This document shows positions 1-15,000 of a stretch of DNA of 64,000 bases, in pieces. The stretch lies in assembly GCA_964016885.1 (NCBI GenBank), contig OZ024741.1, positions 13,020,001 to 13,084,000 on the forward strand. The letters are read 5' to 3'. Position 1 is the first letter of the stretch, and every line of letters starts with the position of its first letter. This DNA comes from Eledone cirrhosa (lineage: Eukaryota). The translations under genes and the position numbers were made by a program. The notes under the pieces were generated by a model that did no database searches, had not been told where the DNA came from, and worked only from the letters and a program-made list of their open reading frames with translations.

Positions 1-3000
1 CAGTGTCTCGACAACTAACATCTGATGTAGGTAGTTTGTTTCATGGAGGTTTTAAAGGATGCAGTGTCTCGACAGTTAACAACTGATGTAGGTAGTTTGT
101 TCCATGGAGCTTTTAAAGGATGCAGTGTTGGGACAGCTAACAGCTGATGCAGGTAGTTTGTTCCATGGAGGTTTTAAAGGATGCAGTGTCCAGACAACTA
201 TCAACTAATGTTGGTAGTTTGTTCCATGGAGGTTTTAAAGGATGCAATGTCCCGACAGCTAACAACTGATGCAGCTAGTTTGTTCCATGGAGGTTTTAAA
301 GGATGCAATGTCCCGACAGCTAACAACTGATGCAGGTAGTTTGTTCCATATAGGTTTTAAAGGATGCTGTGTCTCGACAGCTAACAACTGATGTAGGTAG
401 TTTGTTCCAGGGAGGTTTTAAAGGATGCAGTGTCCCGACAGCTAACAACTGATGCAGGTAGTTTGTTCCATGGAGGGTTTAAAGGATGCTGTGTCTCGAC
501 AGCTAACAACTAATGTAGGTAGTTTGTTCCATGGAGGTTTTAAAGGATGCAGTGTCCCGACAGCTAACATCTGATGTAGGTAGTTTGTTCCATGGAGGTT
601 TTAAAGGATGCAGTGTCTCGACAGCTAACAACTAATGTAGGTAGTTTGTTCCATGGAAGTTTTAAAGGATGCTGTGTCTCGACAGCTAACAACTAATGTA
701 GGTAGTTTGTTCCATGGAGGTTTTAAAGGATGCAGTGTCCCGACAGCCCACATCTGATGTAGGTAGTTTGTTCCATGGAGGTTTTAAAGGATGCAGTGTC
801 TCGACAGCTAACAACTGATGCAGGTAGTTTGTTCCATGGAGGGTTTAAAGGATGCAGTGTCTCGACAGCTAACAACTGATGTAGGTAGTTTGTTCCAGGG
901 AGGTTTTAAAGGATGCAGTGTCCCGACAGCTAACAACTGCTGCAGATACTTTGTTCCATGGAGGTTTTAAAGGATGCAGTGTCTCGACAGCTAACAACTG
1001 ATGCAGGTAGTTTGTTCCATGGAGGTTTTAAAGGATGCAGTGTCTCGACAGCTAACAACTGATGCAGGTAGTTTGTTCCATGGAGGTTTTAAAGGATGCA
1101 GTGTCTCGACAGCTAACAACTGATGCAGGTAGTTTGTTCCATTGATGTTTTAAAGGATGCAGTGTCTCAACAGCTAACAACTGATGTAAGTAGTTTGTTC
1201 CATGGAGGTTTTAAAGGATGCTGTGTACCGACATCTAACAACTGATGAGGTAGTTTGTTCCATGGAGGTTTTAAAGGATGCTGTGTCTCGACAGCTAACA
1301 ACTAATGTAGGTAGTTTGTTCCATGAAGGTTTTAAAGGATGCAGTGTCCCGACAGCTAACATCTGATGTAGGTAGTTTGTTCCATGGAGGTTTTAAAGGA
1401 TGCAGTGTCTCGACAGCTAACAACTAATGTAGGTAGTTTGTTCCATGGAAGTTTTAAAGGATGCTGTGTCTCGACAGCTAACAACTAATGTACGTAGTTT
1501 GTTCCATGGAGGTTTTAAAGGATGCAGTGTCCCGACAGCCCACATCTGATGTAGGTAGTTTGTTCCATGGAGGTTTTAAAGGATGCAGTGTCTCGACAGC
1601 TATCAACTGATGCAGATAGTTTGTTTTATGGAGGTTTTAAAGAATGCAGTGTCTCGACAGCTAACAACTGATGCAGGTAGTTTGTTCCATGGCGGTTTTA
1701 AAGGATGCAGTGTCTTGACAGCTATCAACTAATGTAGGTAGTTTGTTTCATGGAGGTTTTAAAGGATGCAGTGTCCCGACAGCTAACAACTGAAGCAGGT
1801 AGTTTGTTCCGTTGAGGTTTTAAAGGATGCAGTGTCTCGACAACTAACATCTGATGTAGGTAGTTTGTTTCGTGGAGGTTTTAAAGGATGCAGTGTCTCG
1901 ACAGCTAACAACTGATGTAGGTAGTTTGTTCCATGGAGGTTTTAAAGGATGCAGTGTTCCGACAGTTAACAACTGATGCAGGTAGTTTGTTCCATGGAGG
2001 TTTTAAAGGATGCAGTGTCCCGACAGCTAACAACTAATGCAGGTAGTTTGTGCCATGGAGGTTTTAAAAAATGCTGTGTCCCGACAGCTAACAACTGATG
2101 CAGGTAGTTTGTTCCATGGAGGGTTTAAAGGATGCAGTGTCTCGACAGCTAACAACTGAAGTAGGTAGTTTGTTCCATGGAGGTTTTAAAGGATGCAGTG
2201 TCCCGACAGCTAACAACTGATGCAGATAGTTTGTTCCATGGAGGTTTTAAAGGATGCAGTGTCTCGACAGCTAACAACTGATGCAGGTAGTTTGTTCTAT
2301 GGAGGTTTTAAAGGATGCAGTGTCTCGACAGCTAACAACTGATGCAGGTAGTTTGTTCCATGGAGGTTTTAAAGGATGCAGTGTCTCGACAGCTAACAAC
2401 TGATGCAGGTAGTTTGCTCCATTGATGTTTTAAAGGATGCAGTGTCTCAACAGCTAACAACTGATGCAGGTAGTTTGTTCCATGGACGTTTTAAAGGATG
2501 CAGTGTCTCGACAGCTAACAAGTAATGTAGGTAGTTTGTTCCATGGAGGTTTTAAAGGATGCAGTGTCCCGACAACTAACATCTGATGTAGGTAGTTTGT
2601 TCCATGGAGGTTTTAAAGGATGCAGTGTCTCGACAGCTAACAACTGATGCAGATAGTTTGTTCCATGGAGGTTTTAAAGAATGCAGTGTCTCGACAGCTA
2701 ACAACTGATGCAGGTAGTTTGTTCCATGGCGGTTTTAAAGGATGCAGTGTCTTGACAGCTAACAACTAATGTAGGTAGTTTGTTTCATGGAGGTTTTAAA
2801 GGATGCAGTGTCCCGACAGCTAACAACTGAAGCAGATAGTTTGTTCCATGGAGGTTTTAAAGGATGCAGTGTCTCGACAACTAACATCTGATGTAGGTAG
2901 TTTGTTTCATGGAGGTTTTAAAGGATGCAGTGTCTCGACAGTTAACAACTGATGTAGGTAGTTTGTTCCATGGAGGTTTTAAAGGATGCAGTGTTGCGAC

Positions 3001-6000
3001 AGCTAACAACTGATGCAGGTAGTTTGTTCCATGGAGGTTTTAAAGGATGCAGTGTCGCGACAACTAACAACTAATGTTGGTAGTTTGTTCCATGGAGGTT
3101 TTAAAGGATGCAATGTCCCGACAGCTAACAACTAATGCAGCTAGTTTGTTCCATGGAGGTTTTAAAGGATGCTGTGTCTCGACAGCTAACAACTGATGCA
3201 GGTAGTTTGTTCCATATAGGTTTTAAAGGATGCTGTATCTCGACAGTTAACAACTGATGTAGGTAGTTTGTTCCATGGAGGTTTTAAAGGATGCAGTGTC
3301 CCGACAGCTAACAACTGATGCAGGTAGTTTGTTCCATTGAGGTTTTAAAGGATGCAGTGTCTCGACAGCTAACAACTAATGTAGGTAGTTTGTTCCATGG
3401 AGGTTTTAAAGGATGCAGTGTCCCGACCGCCCACATCTGATGTAGGTAGTTTGTTCCATGGAGGTTTTAAAGGATGCAGTGTCTCGACAGCTAACAACTG
3501 ATGCAGATAGTTTGTTTCATGGAGGTTTTAAAGAATGCAGTGTCTCGACAGCTAACAACTGATGCAGGTAGTTTGTTCCATGGCGGTTTTAAAGGATTCA
3601 GTGTCTTGAGAGCTATCAACTAATGTAGGTAGTTTGTTTCATGGAGGTTTTAAAGGATGCAGTGTCCCGACAGCTAACAACTGAAGCAGGTAGTTTGTTC
3701 CATGGAGGTTTTAAAGGATGCAGTGTCTCGACAACTAACATCTGATGTAGGTAGTTTGTTTCGTGGAGGTTTTAAAGGATGCAGTGTCTCGACAGCTAAC
3801 AACTGATGTAGGTAGTTTGTTCCATGGAGGTTTTAAAGGATGCAGTGTTCCGACAGTTAACAACTGATGCAGGTAGTTTGTTCCATGGAGGTTTTAAAGG
3901 ATGCTGTGTCTTTTAAGCAAACAACTGATGTAGGTAGTTTGTTCCAGGGAGGTTTTAAAGGATGCAGTGTCCCGACAGCTAACAACTGATGCAGATAGTT
4001 TGTTCCATGGAGGTTTTAAAGGATGCAGTGTCTCGACAGCTAACAACTGATGCAGGTAGTTTGTTCTATGGAGGTTTTAAAGGATGCAGTGTCTCGACAG
4101 CTAACAACTGATGCAGGTAGTTTGTTCCATGGAAGTTTTAAAGGATGCTGTGTCTCGACAGCTAACAACTAATGTAGGTAGTTTGTTCCATGGAGGTTTT
4201 AAAGGATGCAGTGTCCCGACAGCTAACAACTAATGCAGGTAGTTTGTGCCATGGCGGTTTTAAAGGATGCAATGTCCCGACAGCTAACAACTAATGCAGC
4301 TAGTTTGTTCCATGGAGGTTTTAAAGGATGCTGTGTCTCGACAGCTAACAACTGATGTAGGTAGTTTGTTCCAGGGAGGTTTTAAAGGATGCAGTGTCCC
4401 GACAGCTAACAACTGATACAGATAGTTTGTTCCATGGAGGTTTTAAAGGATGCAGTGTCTCGACAGCTAACAACTGATGCAGGTAGTTTGTTCTATGGAG
4501 GTTTTAAAGGATGCAGTGTCTCGACAGCTAACAACTGATGCAAGTAGTTTGTTCCATGGAAGTTTTAAAGGATGCTGTGTCTCGACAGCTAACAACTAAT
4601 GTAGGTAGTTTGTTCCATGGAGGTTTTAAAGGATGCAGTGTCTCGACAGCTAACAACTAATATAGGTAGTTTGTTCCATGGAGGTTTTAAAGGAGGCAGT
4701 GTCCCGACAGCTAACATCTGATGTAGGTAGTTTGTTCCATGGAGGTTTTAAAGGATGCAGTGTCCCGACAGCTAACAACTGATGCAGATAGTTTGTTCCA
4801 TGGAGGTTTTAAAGAATGCAGTGTCTCGACAGCTAACAACTGATGCAGGCAGTTTGTTCCATGGAGGTTTTAAAGAATGCAGTGTTTCGACAGCTAACAA
4901 CTGATGCAGATAGTTTGTTCCATGGAGGTTTTAAAGAATGCAGTGTCTCGACAGCTAACAACTGATGCAGGTAGTTTGTTCCATGGCGGTTTTAAAGGAT
5001 GCAGTGTCTTGACAGCTAACAACTAATGTAGGTAGTTTGTTTCATGGAGGTTTTAAAGGATGCAGTGTCCCGACAGCTAACAACTGAAGCAGGTAGTTTG
5101 TTCCATGGAGATTTTAAAGGATGCAGTGTCTCGACAACTAACATCTGATGTAGGTAGTTTGTTTCATGGAGGTTTTAAAGGATGCAGTGTCTCGACAGTT
5201 AACAACTGATGCAGATAGTTTGTTCCATGGAGGTTTTAAAGAATGCAGTGTCCCGACAACTAACAACTAATGTTGGTAGTTTGTTCCTTGGAGGTTTTAA
5301 AGGATGCAATGTCCCGCCAGCTAACAACTGAAGCAGGTAGTTTGTTCCATGGAGGTTTTAAAGGATGCAGTGTCCCGACAACTAACAACTAATGTTGGTA
5401 GTTTGTTCCATGGAGGTTTTAAAGGATGCAATGTCCCGACAGCTAACAACTAATGCAGCTAGTTTGTTCCATGGAGGTTTTAAAGGATGCTGTGTCTCGA
5501 CAGCTAACAACTGATGCATGTAGTTTGTTCCATATAGGTTTTAAAGGATGCTGTATCTCGACAGCTAATAACTCATGCAGGTAGTTTGTTCCATGGAGGT
5601 TTTAACGGATGCAGTGTCTCGACAGCTAATAACTGATGCAGGTTTTTTAAAGATGCAGTGTCCCGACAGCTAACAACTGATGCAGGTAGTTTGTTCCATT
5701 GAGGTTTTAAAGGATGCAGTGTCTCGACAGCTAACAACTAATGTAGGTAGTTTGTTCCATGGAGGTTTTAAAGGATGCAGTGTCCCGACAGCCCACATCT
5801 GATGTAGGTAGTTTGTTCCATGGAGGTTTTAAAGGATGCAGTGTCTCGACAGCTAACAACTGATGCAGATAGTTTGTTTCATGGAGGTTTTAAAGAATGC
5901 AGTGTCTCGACAGCTAACAACTGATGCAGGTAGTTTGTTCCATGGCGGTTTTAAAGGATGCAGTGTCTTGACAGCTATCAACTAATGTAGGTAGTTTGTT

Positions 6001-9000
6001 TCATGGAGGTTTTAAAGGATGCAGTGTCCCGACAGCTAACAACTGAAGCAGGAAGTTTGTTCCATGGAGGTTTTAAAGGATGCAGTGTCTCGACAACTAA
6101 CATCTGATGTAGGTAGTTTGTTTCGTGGAGGTTTTAAAGGATGCAGTGTCTCGACAGCTAACAACTGATGTAGGTAGTTTGTTCCATGGAGGTTTTAAAG
6201 GATGCAGTGTTCCGACAGTTAACAACTGATGCAGGTAGTTTGTTCCATGGAGGTTTTAAAGGATGCAATGTCCCGACAGCTAACAACTAATGCAGGTAGT
6301 TTGTGCCATGGAGGTTTTAAAGGATGCAGTGTCCCGACAGCTAACAACTGATGCAGATAGTTTGTTCCATGGAGGTTTTAAAGGATGCAGTGTCTCGACA
6401 GCTAACAACTGATGTAGGTAGTTTGTTCTATGGAGGTTTTAAAGGATGCAGTGTCTCGACAGCTAACAACTGATGCAGGTAGTTTGTTCCATGGAGGTTT
6501 TAAAGGATGCAGTGTCTCGACAGCTAACAACTGATGCAGGTAGTTTGTTCCATTGATGTTTTAAAGGATGCAGTGTCTCAACAGCTAACAACTGATGTAA
6601 GTAGTTTGTTCCATGGAGGTTTTAAAGGATGCAGTGTCTCGACAGCTAACAACTGATGCAGATAGTTTGTTCCATGGGGGTTTTAAAGGATGCAGTGTCT
6701 CGACATCTAACAACTGATGAGGTAGTTTGTTCCATGGAAGTTTTAAAGGATGCTGTGTCTCGACAGCTAACAACTAATGTAGGTAGTTTGTTCCATGGAG
6801 GTTTTAAAGGATGCAGTGTCTCGACAGCTAACAACTAATGTAGGTAGTTTGTTCCATGGAGGTTTTAAAGGATGCAGTGTCCCGACAGCTAACATCTGAT
6901 GTAGGTAGTTTGTTCCATGGAGGTTTTAAAGGATGCAGTGTCTCGACAGCTAACAACTGATGCAGATAGTTTGTTCCATGGAGGTTTTAAAGAATGCAGT
7001 GTCTCGACAGCTAACAACTGATGCAGGTAGTTTGTTCCATGGCGGTTTTAAAGGATGCAGTGTCTTGACAGCTAACAACTAATGTAGGTAGTTTGTTTCA
7101 TGGAGGTTTTAAAGGATGCAGTGTCCCGACAGCTAACAACTGAAGCAGGTAGTTTGTTCCATGGAGATTTTAAAGGATGCAGTGTCTCGATAACTAACAT
7201 CTGATGTAGGTAGTTTGTTTCATGGAGGTTTTAAAGGATGCAGTGTCTCGACAGTTAACAACTGATGCAGATAGTTTGTTCCATGGAGGTTTTAAAGAAT
7301 GCAGTGTCCCGACAACTAACAACTAATGTTGGTAGTTTGTTCCTTGGAGGTTTTAAAGGATGCAATGTCCCGCCAGCTAACAACTGAAGCAGGTAGTTTG
7401 TTCCATGGAGGTTTTAAAGGATGCAGTGTCCCGACAACTAACAACTAATGTTGGTAGTTTGTTCCATGGAGGTTTTAAAGGATGCAATGTCCCGACAGCT
7501 AACAACTAATGCAGCTAGTTTGTTCCATGGAGGTTTTAAAGGATGCTGTGTCTCGACAGCTAACAACTGATGCATGTAGTTTGTTCCATATAGGTTTTAA
7601 AGGATGCTGTATCTCGACAGCTAATAACTCATGCAGGTAGTTTGTTCCATGGAGGTTTTAACGGATGCAGTGTCTCGACAGCTAATAACTGATGCAGGTT
7701 TTTTAAAGATGCAGTGTCCCGACAGCTAACAACTGATGCAGGTAGTTTGTTCCATTGAGGTTTTAAAGGATGCAGTGTCTCGACAGCTAACAACTAATGT
7801 AGGTAGTTTGTTCCATGGAGGTTTTAAAGGATGCAGTGTCCCGACAGCCCACATCTGATGTAGGTAGTTTGTTCCATGGAGGTTTTAAAGGATGCAGTGT
7901 CTCGACAGCTAACAACTGATGCAGATAGTTTGTTTCATGGAGGTTTTAAAGAATGCAGTGTCTCGACAGCTAACAACTGATGCAGGTAGTTTGTTCCATG
8001 GCGGTTTTAAAGGATGCAGTGTCTTGACAGCTATCAACTAATGTAGGTAGTTTGTTTCATGGAGGTTTTAAAGGATGCAGTGTCCCGACAGCTAACAACT
8101 GAAGCAGGAAGTTTGTTCCATGGAGGTTTTAAAGGATGCAGTGTCTCGACAACTAACATCTGATGTAGGTAGTTTGTTTCGTGGAGGTTTTAAAGGATGC
8201 AGTGTCTCGACAGCTAACAACTGATGTAGGTAGTTTGTTCCATGGAGGTTTTAAAGGATGCAGTGTTCCGACAGTTAACAACTGATGCAGGTAGTTTGTT
8301 CCATGGAGGTTTTAAAGGATGCAATGTCCCGACAGCTAACAACTAATGCAGGTAGTTTGTGCCATGGAGGTTTTAAAGGATGCAGTGTCCCGACAGCTAA
8401 CAACTGATGCAGATAGTTTGTTCCATGGAGGTTTTAAAGGATGCAGTGTCTCGACAGCTAACAACTGATGTAGGTAGTTTGTTCTATGGAGGTTTTAAAG
8501 GATGCAGTGTCTCGACAGCTAACAACTGATGCAGGTAGTTTGTTCCATGGAGGTTTTAAAGGATGCAGTGTCTCGACAGCTAACAACTGATGCAGGTAGT
8601 TTGTTCCATTGATGTTTTAAAGGATGCAGTGTCTCAACAGCTAACAACTGATGTAAGTAGTTTGTTCCATGGAGGTTTTAAAGGATGCAGTGTCTCGACA
8701 GCTAACAACTGATGCAGATAGTTTGTTCCATGGGGGTTTTAAAGGATGCAGTGTCTCGACATCTAACAACTGATGAGGTAGTTTGTTCCATGGAAGTTTT
8801 AAAGGATGCTGTGTCTCGACAGCTAACAACTAATGTAGGTAGTTTGTTCCATGGAGGTTTTAAAGGATGCAGTGTCTCGACAGCTAACAACTAATGTAGG
8901 TAGTTTGTTCCATGGAGGTTTTAAAGGATGCAGTGTCCCGACAGCTAACATCTGATGTAGGTAGTTTGTTCCATGGAGGTTTTAAAGGATGCAGTGTCTC

Positions 9001-12000
9001 GACAGCTAACAACTGATGCAGATAGTTTGTTCCATGGAGGTTTTAAAGAATGCAGTGTCTCGACAGCTAACAACTGATGCAGGTAGTTTGTTCCATGGCG
9101 GTTTTAAAGGATGCAGTGTCTTGACAGCTAACAACTAATGTAGGTAGTTTGTTTCATGGAGGTTTTAAAGGATGCAGTGTCCCGACAGCTAACAACTGAA
9201 GCAGGTAGTTTGTTCCATGGAGGTTTTAAAGGATGCAGTGTCTCGACAACTAACATCTGATGTAGGTAGTTTGTTTCATGGAGGTTTTAAAGGATGCAGT
9301 GTCTCGACAGTTAACAACTGATGTAGGTAGTTTGTTTCATGGAGGTTTTAAAGGATGCAGTGTCTCGACAGTTAACAACTGATGTAGGTAGTTTGTTCCA
9401 TGGAGGTTTTAAAGGATGCAGTGTTGCGACAGCTAACAACTGATGCAGGTAGTTTGTTCCATGGAAGTTTTAAAGGATGCTGTGTCTCGACAGCTAACAA
9501 CTAATGTAGGTAGTTTGTTCCATGGCGGTTTTAAAGGATGCAGTGTCTTGACAGCTAACAACTAATGTAGGTAGTTTGTTTCATGGAGGTTTTAAAGGAT
9601 GCAGTGTCCCGACAGCTAACAACTGATGCAGATAGTTTGTTCCATGGAGGTTTTAAAGGATGCAGTGTCTCGACAGCTAACAACTGATGCAGGTAGTTTG
9701 TTCTATGGAGGTTTTAAAGGATGCAGTGTCTCGACAGCTAACAACTGATGCAGGTAGTTTGTTCCATGGAAGTTTTAAAGGATGCTGTGTCTCGACAGCT
9801 AACAACTAATGTAGGTAGTTTGTTCCATGGAGGTTTTAAAGGATGCAGTGTCCCGACAGCTAACAACTAATGCAGGTAGTTTGTGCCATGGCGGTTTTAA
9901 AGGATGCAATGTCCCGACAGCTAACAACTAATGCAGCTAGTTTATTCCATGGAGGTTTTAAAGGATGCTGTGTCTCGACAGCTAACAACTGATGTAGGTA
10001 GTTTGTTCCAGGGAGGTTTTAAAGGATGCAGTGTCCCGACAGCTAACAACTGATACAGATAGTTTGTTCCATGGAGGTTTTAAAGGATGCAGTGTCTCGA
10101 CAGCTAACAACTGATGCAGGTAGTTTGTTCTATGGAGGTTTTAAAGGATGCAGTGTCTCGACAGCTAACAACTGATGCAAGTAGTTTGTTCCATGGAAGT
10201 TTTAAAGGATGCTGTGTCTCGACAGCTAACAACTAATGTAGGTAGTTTGTTCCATGGAGGTTTTAAAGGATGCAGTGTCTCGACAGCTAACAACTAATGT
10301 AGGTAGTTTGTTCCATGGAGGTTTTAAAGGATGCAGTGTCCCGACAGCTAACATCTGATGTAGGTAGTTTGTTCCATGGAGGTTTTAAATGATGCAGTGT
10401 CCCGACAGCTAACAACTGAAGCAGGTAGTTTGTTCCATGGAGGTTTTAAAGGATGCAGTGTCTCGACAACTAACATCTGATGTAGGTAGTTTGTTTCATG
10501 GAGGTTTTAAAGGATGCAGTGTCTCGACAGTTAACAACTGATGTAGGTAGTTTGTTTCATGGAGGTTTTAAAGGATGCAGTGTCTCGACAGTTAACAACT
10601 GATGTAGGTAGTTTGTTCCATGGAGGTTTTAAAGGATGCAGTGTTGCGACAGCTAACAACTGATGCAGGTAGTTTGTTCCATGGAAGTTTTAAAGGATGC
10701 TGTGTCTCGACAGCTAACAACTAATGTAGGTAGTTTGTTCCATGGCGGTTTTAAAGGATGCAGTGTCTTGACAGCTAACAACTAATGTAGGTAGTTTGTT
10801 TCATGGAGGTTTTAAAGGATGCAGTGTCCCGACAGCTAACAACTGATGCAGATAGTTTGTTCCATGGAGGTTTTAAAGGATGCAGTGTCTCGACAGCTAA
10901 CAACTGATGCAGGTAGTTTGTTCTATGGAGGTTTTAAAGGATGCAGTGTCTCGACAGCTAACAACTGATGCAGGTAGTTTGTTCCATGGAAGTTTTAAAG
11001 GATGCTGTGTCTCGACAGCTAACAACTAATGTAGGTAGTTTGTTCCATGGAGGTTTTAAAGGATGCAGTGTCCCGACAGCTAACAACTAATGCAGGTAGT
11101 TTGTGCCATGGCGGTTTTAAAGGATGCAATGTCCCGACAGCTAACAACTAATGCAGCTAGTTTGTTCCATGGAGGTTTTAAAGGATGCTGTGTCTCGACA
11201 GCTAACAACTGATGTAGGTAGTTTGTTCCAGGGAGGTTTTAAAGGATGCAGTGTCCCGACAGCTAACAACTGATACAGATAGTTTGTTCCATGGAGGTTT
11301 TAAAGGATGCAGTGTCTCGACAGCTAACAACTGATGCAGGTAGTTTGTTCTATGGAGGTTTTAAAGGATGCAGTGTCTCGACAGCTAACAACTGATGCAA
11401 GTAGTTTGTTCCATGGAAGTTTTAAAGGATGCTGTGTCTCGACAGCTAACAACTAATGTAGGTAGTTTGTTCCATGGAGGTTTTAAAGGATGCAGTGTCT
11501 CGACAGCTAACAACTAATGTAGGTAGTTTGTTCCATGGAGGTTTTAAAGGATGCAGTGTCCCGACAGCTAACATCTGATGTAGGTAGTTTGTTCCATGGA
11601 GGTTTTAAAGGATGCAGTGTCCCGACAGCTAACAACTGATGCAGATAGTTTGTTCCATGGAGGTTTTAAAGAATGCAGTGTCTCGACAGCTAACAACTGA
11701 TGCAGGCAGTTTGTTCCATGGAGGTTTTAAAGAATGCAGTGTCTCGACAGCTAACAACTGATGCAGATAGTTTGTTCCATGGAGGTTTTAAAGAATGCAG
11801 TGTCTCGACAGCTAACAACTGATGCAGGTAGTTTGTTCCATGGCGGTTTTAAAGGATGCAGTGTCTTGACAGCTAACAACTAATGTAGGTAGTTTGTTTC
11901 ATGGAGGTTTTAAAGGATGCAGTGTCCCGACAGCTAACAACTGAAGCAGGTAGTTTGTTCCATGGAGATTTTAAAGGATGCAGTGTCTCGACAACTAACA

Positions 12001-15000
12001 TCTGATGTAGGTAGTTTGTTTCATGGAGGTTTTAAAGGATGCAGTGTCTCGACAGTTAACAACTGATGCAGATAGTTTGTTCCATGGAGGTTTTAAAGAA
12101 TGCAGTGTCCCGACAACTAACAACTAATGTTGGTAGTTTGTTCCTTGGAGGTTTTAAAGGATGCAATGTCCCGCCAGCTAACAACTGAAGCAGGTAGTTT
12201 GTTCCATGGAGGTTTTAAAGGATGCAGTGTCCCGACAACTAACAACTAATGTTGGTAGTTTGTTCCATGGAGGTTTTAAAGGATGCAATGTCCCGACAGC
12301 TAACAACTAATGCAGCTAGTTTGTTCCATGGAGGTTTTAAAGGATGCTGTGTCTCGACAGCTAACAACTGATGCATGTAGTTTGTTCCATATAGGTTTTA
12401 AAGGATGCTGTATCTCGACAGCTAATAACTGATGCAGGTAGTTTGTTCCATGGAGGTTTTAACGGATGCAGTGTCTCGACAGCTAATAACTGATGCAGGT
12501 TTTTTAAAGATGCAGTGTCCCGACAGCTAACAACTGATGCAGGTAGTTTGTTCCATTGAGGTTTTAAAGGATGCAGTGTCTCGACAGCTAACAACTAATG
12601 TAGGTAGTTTGTTCCATGGAGGTTTTAAAGGATGCAGTGTCCCGACAGCCCACATCTGATGTAGGTAGTTTGTTCCATGGAGGTTTTAAAGGATGCAGTG
12701 TCTCGACAGCTAACAACTGATGCAGATAGTTTGTTTCATGGAGGTTTTAAAGAATGCAGTGTCTCGACAGCTAACAACTGATGCAGGTAGTTTGTTCCAT
12801 GGCGGTTTTAAAGGATGCAGTGTCTTGACAGCTATCAACTAATGTAGGTAGTTTGTTTCATGGAGGTTTTAAAGGATGCAGTGTCCCGACAGCTAACAAC
12901 TGAAGCAGGAAGTTTGTTCCATGGAGGTTTTAAAGGATGCAGTGTCTCGACAACTAACATCTGATGTAGGTAGTTTGTTTCGTGGAGGTTTTAAAGGATG
13001 CAGTGTCTCGACAGCTAACAACTGATGTAGGTAGTTTGTTCCATGGAGGTTTTAAAGGATGCAGTGTTCCGACAGTTAACAACTGATGCAGGTAGTTTGT
13101 TCCATGGAGGTTTTAAAGGATGCAATGTCCCGACAGCTAACAACTAATGCAGGTAGTTTGTGCCATGGAGGTTTTAAAGGATGCAGTGTCCCGACAGCTA
13201 ACAACTGATGCAGATAGTTTGTTCCATGGAGGTTTTAAAGGATGCAGTGTCTCGACAGCTAACAACTGATGCAGGTAGTTTGTTCTATGGAGGTTTTAAA
13301 GGATGCAGTGTATCGACAGCTAACAACTGATGCAGGTAGTTTGTTCCATGGAGGTTTTAAAGGATGCAGTGTCTCGACAGCTAACAACTGATGCAGGTAG
13401 TTTGTTCCATTGATGTTTTAAAGGATGCAGTGTCTCAACAGCTAACAACTGATGTAAGTAGTTTGTTCCATGGAGGTTTTAAAGGATGCAGTGTCTCGAC
13501 AGCTAACAACTGATGCAGATAGTTTGTTCCATGGGGGTTTTAAAGGATGCAGTGTCTCGACATCTAACAACTGATGAGGTAGTTTGTTCCATGGAAGTTT
13601 TAAAGGATGCTGTGTCTCGACAGCTAACAACTAATGTAGGTAGTTTGTTCCATGGAGGTTTTAAAGGATGCAGTGTCTCGACAGCTAACAACTAATGTAG
13701 GTAGTTTGTTCCATGGAGGTTTTAAAGGATGCAGTGTCCCGACAGCTAACATCTGATGTAGGTAGTTTGTTCCATGGAGGTTTTAAAGGATGCAGTGTCT
13801 CGACAGCTAACAACTGATGCAGATAGTTTGTTCCATGGAGGTTTTAAAGAATGCAGTGTCTCGACAGCTAACAACTGATGCAGGTAGTTTGTTCCATGGC
13901 GGTTTTAAAGGATGCAGTGTCTTGACAGCTAACAACTAATGTAGGTAGTTTGTTTCATGGAGGTTTTAAAGGATGCAGTGTCCCGACAGCTAACAACTGA
14001 AGCAGGTAGTTTGTTCCATGGAGGTTTTAAAGGATGCAGTGTCTCGACAACTAACATCTGATGTAGGTAGTTTGTTTCATGGAGGTTTTAAAGGATGCAG
14101 TGTCTCGACAGTTAACAACTGATGTAGGTAGTTTGTTTCATGGAGGTTTTAAAGGATGCAGTGTCTCGACAGTTAACAACTGATGTAGGTAGTTTGTTCC
14201 ATGGAGGTTTTAAAGGATGCAGTGTTGCGACAGCTAACAACTGATGCAGGTAGTTTGTTCCATGGAGGTTTTAAAGGATGCAGTGTCCCGACAACTAACA
14301 ACTAATATTGGTAGTTTGTTCCATGGAGGTTTTAAAGGATGCAATGTCCCGACAGCTAACAACTAATGCAGCTAGTTTGTTCCATGGAGGTTTTAAAGGA
14401 TGCTGTGTCTCGACAGCTAACAACTGATGCAGGTAGTTTGTTCCATGGAGGTTTTAACGGATGCAGTGTCCCGACAGCTAACAACTGATGCAGGTAGTTT
14501 GTTCCATGGAGGTTTTAAAGGATGCAGTGTCTCGACAGCTAACAACTAATGTAGGTAGTTTGTTCCATGGAGGTTTTAAAGGATGCAGTGTCCCGACAGC
14601 TAACATCTGATGTAGGTAGTTTGTTCCATGGAGGTTTTAAAGGATGCAGTGTCCCGACAGCTAACAACTGATGCAGATAGTTTGTTCCATGGAGGTTTTA
14701 AAGAATGCAGTGTCTCGACAGCTAACAACTGATGCAGGCAGTTTGTTCCATGGAGGTTTTAAAGAATGCAGTGTCTCGACAGCTAACAACTGATGCAGAT
14801 AGTTTGTTCCATGGAGGTTTTAAAGAATGCAGTGTCTCGACAGCTAACAACTGATGCAGGTAGTTTGTTCCATGGCGGTTTTAAAGGATGCAGTGTCTTG
14901 ACAGCTAACAACTAATGTAGGTAGTTTGTTTCATGGAGGTTTTAAAGGATGCAGTGTCCCGACAGCTAACAACTGAAGCAGGTAGTTTGTTCCATGGAGA

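Noticed and set aside
6712-6745. CTGATGA in the 60-bp monomer variant as a satellite-encoded hammerhead
   Set aside because: It arises from a 1-bp deletion; there is no stem II, and GAAG rather than GAAA follows.
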